Positions 1 to 10,500 of a DNA stretch of 40,113 nt are shown here, piece after piece. The translations under genes and the position numbers were made by a program. Under the pieces are notes generated by a model that worked only from the letters and a program-made list of their open reading frames with translations, made no database searches and was not told where the DNA came from. Origin of the DNA: Pelomyxa schiedti. Lineage: Eukaryota; Protista; Evosea. The stretch lies in assembly GCA_020536535.1 (NCBI GenBank), contig JAHLWZ010000394.1, positions 1-40,113 of the forward strand, given 5' to 3'. Numbering within the stretch: position 1 is the stretch's first letter; every line of letters starts with the position of its first letter.

Positions 1-452
1 AGGACTTGGGTACAACCACAGTCTCAAATTCGTTGGTACCTAGCAAGAGTCACCACACGGATGTTGCTGGTTGTAATTGTTGTAGTTAGGAACCTTCATT
101 TTTGCATGCCAGGTGTAAGACGGCGTCATAAGCTATTTTACTATCTGCTACAGTTCTGGTTTCTGTGGAGCGTGATCAGAACGAGATAATGTCCCGTAGA
201 CACACCATCAAGCGGAGTTGTGGGATTTGAAAACAGACGCAATTTGTCAGGCGACATTTTGAGCACGGCACCGACTTTCGCTTTGATTGAACCAACGAGA
301 TCCGTTGGGTCACACATTATGAAAATACATTGCTGCTCTCTCTTGACCCTGACATACATCGACTGTAGTAAAAAAAATAAAAAGAAAGAAAAGGAGACAC
401 GACGATCACAAGATGAGTGAACACAAAAGAAAAAAAAAAGAGAGAGAACCAT
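1..452 (-). CDS. ELOB: Elongin B-like ubiquitin-like protein, copy 1 (spliced; 3' end runs off the window)
   Basis: Near-identical to the copy at 1025-1474. The three substitutions in the spliced CDS (Ala GCC/GCT, Thr ACT/ACA, Gly GGT/GGC) are all synonymous, which supports the spliced model. Confidence 0.7.
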
Positions 453-796
453 TTGTGAATTGTTCGTTATTCGTTGGTGCAGTTTATATTGTTATAATGG
501 CGGTTGTATTTATTACTTGTTGTTGTTTGTGCGACAAGGGCGCAGGGGAGTGGTGTCAATCGCCAATACCATTTTCCCTGCTTGTTAATTTTATTCTTTC
601 TTTCGTGCCTACGCAGAATCGTGATCGGCTCTGAGCCCTCCTGAGGAGTCCTGTGTGCGAAACCCAGTTCACACGTGACATCTATGCTGGGTACGTACAC
701 CGACTCTGACAGAGTCTCCTGGAGATCCCACCCTAGCAGTTGTTGTTCGCATCAGACAAATTAAATTCTACGCTCTTTGCGTGCCGCGAGACGACG

Positions 797-924
797 ATGA
801 CAACGATGGATCCCTCCGCGTTCACCAGAATGGACAACGTCAACTTCGACGACGACGCGCTCGACTTCGCGGCGGACGTTCCGGACGACGAGGACACCCT
901 GGCGGGGCCAGGGGAGCCCGGCGC
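797..924 (+). CDS. EIF3L: eIF3L N-terminal fragment (duplicate copy, truncated by the gap)
   Basis: MTTMDPSAFTRMDNVNFDDDALDF... matches 1822 onward except Thr/Ala at residue 3. Confidence 0.7.
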
Positions 925-1024
925 NNNNNNNNNNNNNNNNNNNNNNNNNNNNNNNNNNNNNNNNNNNNNNNNNNNNNNNNNNNNNNNNNNNNNNNNNNNN
1001 NNNNNNNNNNNNNNNNNNNNNNNN
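925..1024. other. Assembly gap (100 N)
   Basis: Run of exactly 100 n. Confidence 1.
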
Positions 1025-1474
1025 AGGACTTGGGTACAACCACAGTCTCAAATTCGTTGGTACCTAGCAAGAGTCACCACACGGATGTTGCTGGTTGTAA
1101 TTGTTGTAGTTAGGAACCTTCATTTTTGCATGCCAGGTGTAAGACAGCGTCATAAGCTATTTTACTATCTGCTACTGTTCTGGTTTCTGTGGAGCGTGAT
1201 CAGAACGAGATAATGTCCCGTAGACACACCATCAAGCGGAGTTGTGGGATTTGAAAACAGACGCAATTTGTCAGGCGACATTTTGAGCACGGCGCCGACT
1301 TTCGCTTTGATTGAACCAACGAGATCCGTTGGGTCACACATTATGAAAATACATTGCTGCTCTCTCTTGACCCTGACATACATCGACTGTAGTAAAAAAA
1401 TAAAAAGAAAGAAAAGGAGACATGACCATCACAAGATGAGTGAACACAAAAGAAAAAAAAAGAGAGAGAACCAT
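1025..1474 (-). CDS. ELOB: Elongin B-like ubiquitin-like protein, copy 2 (spliced; 3' end cut by the gap)
   Basis: Spliced product (M)SMYVRVKREQQCIFIMCDPTDLVGSIKAKVGAVLKMSPDKLRLFSNPTTPLDETRTVADSKIAYDAVLHLACKNEGTNEFETVVVPKS, using GT-AG introns 1229-1187 and 1117-1064 and a probable first intron right after the ATG at 1474. Matches the Elongin B/plant Elongin-B-like pattern MYxRVKR..T.F..CDPT...KxK...RL...L.D...FE.V. Confidence 0.8.
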
Positions 1475-1821
1475 TTGTGAATTGTTCGTTATTCGTTGGT
1501 GCCGTTTATTTTGTTATAATGGCGGTTGTATTTATTACTTGTTGTTGTTTGTGCGACAAGGGCGCAGGGGAGTGGTGTCAATCGCCAATACCATTTTCCC
1601 TGCTTGTTAATTTTATTCTTTCTTTCGTTCCTACGCAGAATCGTGATCGGTTCTGAGCCCTCCTGAGGAGTCCCGTGTGCGAAACCCAGTTCACACGTGA
1701 CATCTATGCTGGGTACGTACACCGACTCTGACAGAGTGTCCTGGAGATCCCACCCTAGCAGTTGTTGTTCGCATCAGACAAATTAAATTCTAGACGCTCT
1801 TTGCGTGCCGCGAGACGAACG

Positions 1822-4307
1822 ATGACAGCGATGGATCCCTCCGCGTTCACCAGAATGGACAACGTCAACTTCGACGACGACGCGCTCGACTTCGCGGCGG
1901 ACGTTCCGGACGACGAGGACACCCTGGCGGGGCCAGGGGAGCCCGGCGCGTCGGCGTCGTCGTCGGGCGCGACGGGCGGGGTGTCGGCGGAGAGCGTGTC
2001 GACGAGCACGGTGCCGGACAAGGTGAGGGACTTCTTGGGGAAGCTGCAGCGGGCGATCGACGCGAGGGACGCCGCGGCCACCATGGCCCTCTACGACGAG
2101 AGGTACACACACTACACTGAGAAGTTCTTCTGGACGAGGCCCTGGCCTTCTTTTGATTCCGTTTCCGTGTTCCTTCCCCGCCCTGATGGTTGCTTCAATG
2201 CTTTCTTTTTTTTTTAATTTAAAAAATATTTTTTTTTTTTTTTAATAATGTATAATGTAATAAATATATTATTACATAGGGAATTCATTTTTTTAATCCA
2301 GGATGTTCTTAACACTTTTTTTAGATGACCTGTTCCGTACACTCTACAAAGAGCTTTATTTCCGCCACATCTATGGAAAAGTTCAGAGGAATGCGAAAAA
2401 ACAACCAACAATCGATCAACGCCTTGACTCGTGGACAAACTTTGTTGACTTGTTTAATATTATACTTGGTAATCACCCGACATCAAGAAAAGCCTCTCAC
2501 TCTTTCTGTCCAGTGAAGGATATTTCTTCCGTTCAACTTCCGGCACAGTGGGTGTGGGATATACTGGACGAGTTTATTTACCAAGTGCAGGCTTTTGCAC
2601 AATATAGAGCAAATCTGACTGGAAAATCAGAGGAAGAAATAAACGCACTCAAAAAAGATCCCCAAGTAAGCATCTCCCTTCCTTTCTATCAATTCACCAT
2701 TCTAGGTCTGGTCTATCTGCACTGCAATGAAAATTTTGCATTCTCTTGTTAAAAAGAATCAAGAACTGTTGGGAAAGAGGTGTGTCATTTTGGGGAATTT
2801 TTCTTTGGTGTTCATTGATCCAAACAGCGTTCAAACCACGCCAGAATCCAGTGAAACGCGTTCTATTTACTCCTACTTCTCAGAGTTTGCCACAGTACAG
2901 CTTTGCAGGCTACATTGCATTTTGGGTGATTACCACCGCTCGTTGTTGTCCCTTGAGCCACTCCATCTTCAACAAAAGGTAATATGGTTAGGTTAATCCG
3001 TACTAAACTCGTTTGTAGTTTCCTCAGTCTCAAGTACTGTCATGTTACACAACACAACAATACTACATTGGGTTTTCCTGTTTAATGTTGCGACGTTACG
3101 TTGACGCAGTTAAATCGTTTGGAGCCATTTTAAGGTACACGGCACGCGCCAAGCCATACCACCCAAAGAGCTACCAGCAAGATTCGGTTCCCTCACTTCT
3201 TCACAAGTTGTTTTGTAACACACTCGTAGATTTCCAAGAAGAACGAGCAGCTCTATGCCCTGCTGGCATTGAGTATAACCTTGTGCCCTCTACGGGTTGA
3301 CAATCATGTGCACCAAACTCTCAATGATAAATATGGTGACAAGTTGACCAAGCTTCAACATGGGTGTGTACATTTTGAAAAGATTTTGCAGTTTTCTCAT
3401 AATTGTTGCAGCGATGAGACATGCTTCGAAGAAGTATTCACGTTCAGCTGTCCAAAGTTCATTACAGCAGCACAACCAGATTATGATGCTAGAGGGACAA
3501 ACCTTTTTGCAGTAAGCCTTCTTAGAATTTTTGAGATATTCCAGCGTTGACCTCCCCTAAGGAACCGTTGAAACTCCAGCGCGGCCTCTTCATGAATGAA
3601 GTGAGACACCAGCTTAAAATATTACAGATTCGCTCCTACCTTCGTCTGTACACCTCCATCTCCCTCACAAAACTGGCCAGCTACCTTCAAATGAACGCTT
3701 CAGAGCTCAAGTATGTACTCTTTTTTCCTTTCCTTTCTCTCCTATCCTGTTGTCATTAAACCAACACAAACTAACCTTTTATTCCCGGTGCAGCACCGAA
3801 CTTCTCAACTACAAGCACAAGACCACGCAGCTCATTTGCTCCGGGACTTCGTTCCCGCTCCACGAGGGCAAGTGGGGCCTTTCCTCGAGCGAGCCCGACT
3901 TCTACATTGAGAACGACATCGTCTACGTGACGGCGCCCACCAAGCCCGAGGCCGCCGCGTCCGCCGACGCCGACGCCTCCGCCTCGGCCCCGGGCTCGGC
4001 CCCGCTCAAGGGCCCATCAGAGTACTTCCTGCGCCACATCACCCGGCTCAACAACATCACCCCGATGCCCATAGTCCCACAATCACAGCCCGCCGACACA
4101 CAAACACCCCCCGCGGCGTCATCAACTACTACTCCTAAGCCCACCACTGCAACCGCTGCAGCAGCCAACAAGGCTGGGGCACCTCGTTCCACCGGTACAG
4201 CTACTTATTCTTCAGCACCAACACCAACTAGTAGCACTGCACCAAAGGTGTCTGCACTGGGTGCACCACCAAAGAAAAACCCCTGGAACATACCGAAAAA
4301 ATCTTGA
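1822..4307 (+). CDS. EIF3L: Eukaryotic translation initiation factor 3 subunit L (multi-exon)
   Basis: Motifs DDLFRTLYKELYFRHIY, QRLDSWTNFVDLFNIIL, LPAQWVWDILDEFIYQ, LCRLHCILGDY, YYIGFSCLMLRRYVDA, FEEVFTFSCPKFI, IRSYLRLYTSISLTKLA, LLNYKHK and DFYIENDIVYV are joined by GT-AG introns (first intron 2189-2324). Ends in an Ala/Pro/Thr-rich tail; TGA at 4305-4307. Confidence 0.95.
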
Positions 4308-4511
4308 GCAAACAGAACAACACACAGTTTTTATCCTCAAATATTCCTTTTTTTTTTTATTACCTTACAAAGTTTCATTATAGTTCTTACATAGACTCAC
4401 AGTGGGGGAGTACATTTGCATCCCGGCGGTGTTAAGGGAGTGATAGCGGATTGTTATGCTGGTGGAATGTTGAATGGTGAATTGATTGGGTGTGAGCTCT
4501 GTTTGCCGAAT

Positions 4512-7500
4512 TTAATCAGCAAAGGCATTGCCAAACGGCACAGAATCCTTCTCCTTTGGAGATGTTAATACAGTTATACGGATTGTGAGCCAACCTTGTA
4601 TTTCTCCATTCTGTCTCTCTTTTCCTTTTCCAGCTGTTTGATTCTGTAATGCCGGAATACTATGAAGCCGCATGTAGACCCGCCGACAAGCACCACGGCA
4701 CCCGCGGCGGCGACCTGTGAGAATGTAATTAGTTAAGGAAAAATAAAGACGTTGTTGTGTGTTGGGTACCAGGCCAATCAGGAGGTAGTCTTCGTCTTCA
4801 CAGTATTTGCCCTTGTGCCCGGTCTGTTTGGAAACGGTTAATACCTGAGGAAACAGGATAATCGGAGTACCTTGCATTTGCACTTTCCTTGGTTACAAGA
4901 ACCTGCTTTTGAGCAGCTAAGATAACAAATCCCTGCGTTTGTGTTTGCCCAAGGAATACAAGGAAACGTTCTACATACTCTGGGAACAGTCGGGCCCGCC
5001 CCACATGTTTGTTGGGTCGAAAGCAAAACATGAACAGTTTCCAGTTTGCGAGTTGCAACTGCCGTGGGAGCTGCAGTTGTTGAGACAGTCCCCTGAAAAA
5101 GGTGAGGAGTGTAAGACGGTGGCAAAGGGGCAATACTAAGGTTGCAGCTGGGTCCGTGGAAACCGGGGTAGCAAGAACAAATTCCGGTTGTCATATTACA
5201 GAAGCCATTGCCGTTGCAGTTCTGTGGGCACAGCTCTATTTTTGCGGTGTTAAACAAGAACTGGCAGGGAGAGACATACTGAACTCACAGGCATCCCCAG
5301 TATAACTTGCCCAGCACTTGCATTTTCCAATTGTCAGGTTGCAGCTTCCGTGATACGAGCATTGCAACGGGCAGGTTTCTTGTGAGTTATGAGTTGAGGA
5401 AACATTTTTGGTGAAGAACATACTGTTGGGAAGATTGCAACTAATTCCTCCCCAATCAGGGATACAAGTGCACACACCAGTCAATAAATTGCAGGTTCCC
5501 TTACCACTGCAGTCAGGAGGGGTACAATTCTCTGTTGGTTCTTGGTTAAAAATGACGATGACAGAATAAGCAGTATACTAAATCTGCAATCAGGATAATC
5601 TGGGAGGATAGAGTAGAATCCTCCAGTGCACAAACACTCGCCAGTGAGTTCGTTGCAAACGCCATGTTTGTAGTCAGTGCAATTGTTTGGACACGGGACT
5701 AGGAATAATCAACATATAATAACTGAATCAAATTGATTACTATGTGTGTTCTGACAGAACGTTCCATCGTGATATTGTTCACAAATGCATTCTCCTGTTG
5801 TTCCATTGCACGTTCCGTGACCGGCACATGGGGGGCTTCCAGGGCACTTCGGGGGTTAACTGGAGAAAAAAAAAGACAAGCAACTCACTTTCTTTTGGTC
5901 ACAGGTTGCTCCAGTGTAGCCAGTGTCACATCTGCATTTGCCTGAGAACTGGTCGCAGATGCCATTTACACAAGGTGGAGTGCAATTATATTTTATCATG
6001 TCTAAAAGAGGTAAGGCAAAACGAGGACGACTTAATCCACATACCACAAGAACTGCCATAAAACGTGTAATTTGACCCAGTGAAACAGACACATAACCCA
6101 GTGGATGTGTCACAGCTACCACCTCCTTTAACAGAACAATTGTACTTACACGTGGCTGAAAAGGAGGTAAGGCAGGAGAAAATGGGACGTGGGTGTACCA
6201 GTTGAACAATCAGGGAGCTGGAAAGTGCCTGTGCACGTGCAAGTTCCTGCAGTAGTGTTGCACCTTCCGTGGATGCATGGAGTGGAACAATTTGCTACGA
6301 ATATCAGAAAGTACAAAAAAAGGTGGAAAACTACTGTAAGGAGTTTGGCACATCAAACCAATATAGCCTTCGTCGCAGGAGCAGAGACCAGTGGTTGTGT
6401 TGCAGGTGCCATGATTCGAACAATTAGAAGGACATTGAAGGATACTGCAGTCGACCCCTGAAGCGGAGCCACTGCATATGCAACTACCCGTTGTTGTGTT
6501 GCATGTTCCATGACCTGGTAAAAGTAAGAGCTAGGCAGAATAGCCTTGTTAAAGGAATGCATACCCGAACAACTGTGAAGGCACGCGAAGTACTGAATAT
6601 CACAGCCAGAGCCTGTCCAGCCATAATCACAGAGGCACTGTGGGGGATACTTATAAGTGCAATTCCCATGTACGCATGTTGGGCAGTTGTCTAGCATAGT
6701 GAATACAGTTAACATCTGGTTCCTTAAATACATTTGCTGCAGTCATTTTCGAACCATCCACTGTAGCACAAACATTGACCAGTCTCTCTGTTGCAAGAGC
6801 CGTGCCAGCTGCAGTTGTTCGGGCACGGTTTGAGTGCAATAGAACAATCCTGAGGGCAAATGAGGACTTCAAGACTTAAATCAAGTAACGCACAGTTCCT
6901 GAAAAATCAGACAAGCAGGTGCATTTGCCTGTACGATTGTTGCAAGTTCCATGCGATGAACAGTTGTTCGGGCAGAACCAGTACTCACAGGAGTGACCAT
7001 AATGGCTTGAAGAGCACATACATTCTCCAAGGGATTGGTCGCACTTCCCGTACCCAAGGTTCGAGTTACAGAAACTGTAATTCCGACAAACACTGAGTCC
7101 TACAAAAATCGTCAGAGGTGCGCTTGCTCCTCTTACTACACACGGCAGTAGGATGAAGACTCCCAATTCGTATCAGGACACGTGCATTGCCCACTAGTTG
7201 TGTCACACACTCCATGGAGGGGGTCACAGTTTGGGCAATCCTCTAATATTTGTTGAGCTTGAAAATTTTGAGAAGGATAATATACTTAAAGAGCAAGTGT
7301 CTCCAAAATATGGGGAGTAGCAAGAGCAATTGCCTATATTGTAGTTGCAATACCCGTGATCCCCGCAGTCAGAAGAGCAAGTTACATAGGGGGTCGTGCA
7401 GTCAATACCACTCCAGCCATCGAAACACTCACATCGACCATTTGTTTTATTACATAGGCCATTTCCGTTGCAGTCCAGAGGGCAAACCTGTTGCTAGTAA

Positions 7501-10500
7501 GAAAATAGTTACAAAGCGTAACTACCTTTTCTGTACAGACACCAACAGGGCCATAGCCATAAACGCAGACACAAACACCAGTCTCATAGTTACATGTGCC
7601 ACCAGGAAGTTTGCAGCTTTCATTGCAGGGTTCTTTCATTCAAGTAAATTGAAGTTTGTAGTGATGTGGGTCGTACTGTACGAAATACTGCAGTCATAGC
7701 CTTTCCATCCAACTATACAAGAGCAATTGCCAAATTCCTTGTTGCAGACACCATTGCCACTGCAGTCATTGGGACATGAAAAAAGTGCACAATCTGGTTG
7801 TAGTCTATTCGATGGGCAGTGGCATATACCTTGAGGAAAGTAAGATTAGGGATGTGTGGTTGTGAAATACCTGTTGTAATATCACAGCGTGCCCCAACTA
7901 CATTGCTGCAGTTGTTCGGGCAGTTCCAAATGAATGTGCTACACATTACGCCGGACCAGTAACCAGATGAGTTCTACTCGAGTTGAGAGTGTGTATTATA
8001 CGTGAATAAACGTACAGAATAACATTCACATTTGCCATCCACAGTATCGCAAAGACCATGGAGCGAACACTCACTGTCAGGATACCCAGGACACATCTGT
8101 CGGAAATGTCATTGCACTATAATGATATTGTCGGTTTACCAATAGACTGCAATCGCTCCCTTTTCTTCCAGTTTTGCAATAACAAACGCCCAGGTTGTGA
8201 TCACACAACCCGGAAGATGTTCCATTGCAGTTTCCAGGGCACTCAACATATTTCATGCTGCAGTCGTACATTTTCGTGTATGATGTATCACAGATGCACC
8301 AGCCTGTCGTTGGGTCACAGTGGCCATGCCCTGAGCAATTCCGTGCACATACAACCAAAGAACAGTCGTCCCCACCGTAGGTGATATTACCAATAGTCTT
8401 ACATATGCAAGTCTTTTGTTGTTTTTGAGTGAAAAATGCTTTGCGCGACGGAGCGCATACCCCTGTTGTCCAGTCGCAGCTACCAAAAGTAGAATTGGTA
8501 CAGTTATTTGGACAAGACTTCATAGGAATGCTACAAGAAGTTCCTATCCACCCAGGGTCGCATAGGCATGTGCCATTTACAGGGTTGCACTGACCATGGC
8601 CAGAACAATACTGGAAACAATGGTTAAGAATGCAGGGAAGTTAACGGGCTGCTACGGGTTCGTTATATGGCGGGCAAGCTTTCTTGGAGCAGTCTGCACC
8701 CCAGATCTTGGAATAGCAGTAACATACACCAGTGTTATAGTCGCAAGTTCCACTTGTTAAAGTCAGTGGCATTTATGAAAGGTACGAAGGTACTTGTGTG
8801 AGCAATTATTAGGGCAAGACAGCTTCTGAAACGTGCAAGCAGATCCCTCCCAGCCATCATCGCACTTACAGACTCCAGTAGTTGTATTGCACTTACCGTG
8901 CCCTGTGCAGTTGTTCGGACATTTTCTCAGAGAACAGTCCACGCCAAAGAATTGAGGTTGACATTTACACAGTCCCAGAATGTTGTCAACACAGAAACCA
9001 TTTGGTGAACTGCAGTTATTGGGGCATTGCTTGATGTACTTGAAGGCAACGTAGTTTGTGAGAGCCCAGCTTTCATTAAGCCACACAAGTTGAATCTTGA
9101 CCTATTTCGCACATTGGTACACATCTCTCAGTTTTGAAAACACACCGTTCCTGGATCATGTGGGGGGAGAGTGAAGGTGACAGTAGTGTCTGTCACGGTG
9201 AGAGGAGTAATAAGGTAGCCCAAGTCCGTCATGGAAACACGGATGCCAAATTTGCATCGTGCACCCATGAATCCACTTCCCTCCAGGGTAACAGTAGGAT
9301 AGACAGTTTCTTCAACGTGGAACTCCGTGGGTGAAATAGAGGAGAGAGATGCAAATTCTGTTTTCTGATGACTGGAAAGCGACGGGGTGGGGGTTCATAC
9401 CACAGGAAGCTCCAACAACTGAACGAGCTACATCCAGGGGACACCAGAATGTCAACCCATACAAGCGAACAGCGTAGGTAATATTCAAGTTTTGTAGAAA
9501 TTTCGGTAAGTAGCAACTCAAGTCATTGTAAGAGAAGTCCCTAATGTCAGATGAGAAATTCTGTAAAAACACTTGGGACTCACATTAAAGACATCCCGGT
9601 GTCATTTTTGTTGTCTCTATTTGGTATCGTTCCAAGAATGGAATTGTTTCGAATTTGTCTTGTGTTTGGTTAAAAGTAAAAAGGTTATTCAACGACTCAC
9701 ATAGAAAAAATACGACTATTCACAAGGGAGTATGGAAGATCGCCATCCAACTGATTGGACTGTACGTCACTACTCAAAATGAGTACGCAAACTGGATTCA
9801 GGAGACTTTACAGGGATTTGAGTGATCGCATGCTAGAAATTTCATCTGGAATGTGACCAGTTAACAAATTGAATCCAATGTCCCTATGGTAAAGTGAGAT
9901 GTTATGTTGGACTGCTCGCACTTACAAATACTCTAGAGTGGATGACTTGCTTAATGCTGAAGGGATGGACCCAGTCAAGTAATTGTGAGACATGTACCTA
10001 CCATTGTTAAGAGTGACAAATGGAGATAATGGAATACAATTTCTTAATCTTAGGGTAGTCGCCGATGGATGGGGGAACAGTACCAGAAAGCTTGTTCTCA
10101 TAGAGATACCTTTGGAATTTATTGGAAAAATATTGAAAAAAAAAAGTACTTACAGATGAGTCATATTCGGGAGGTATTGTAAATCAGGAGGAATTGTCCC
10201 AGAAATGTTGTTATCGTGGAGGAATCTAACTGGATGTCAGCAAAGAAGGTGATATCAAAACATGAAGGTAAGATACAAGTATTTCAGATGAGGAAGAGAG
10301 ACAGAAAACAGAAGTCCTTGATTTTCAGGGAATGATCCTGTGAGGTTGTTGTAGGCAAGATTTCTTTTGTAGATAAAGTTAGTAGCACTATGGGCCAAAG
10401 TATTTCCGCACATTATTGAGACTCGGTCATACATGTCACAAAAAATTCCATACCACTGTGGTAAGGCGTTCATGCATGGATTTTGGAAAGATGTCCAATT

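Larger units (their letters stand above)
1..924 (+). repeat. Direct duplicate (~98% identical) of 1025-1949
   Basis: Both copies begin aggacttgggtacaacc, and copy 1 ends at ...ggggagcccggcgc just before the N gap. About 15 scattered SNPs/small indels by eye. Confidence 0.95.

Noticed and set aside
1639-1790. U1 snRNA, RNase P/MRP, SRP or telomerase RNA (GATCAC loop on the minus strand, tcagac, hairpins)
   Set aside because: No ATACTTACCTG 5' end or Sm site, no intact P4 CR-I/CR-V pair, no SRP helix-8 motif and no telomeric template.
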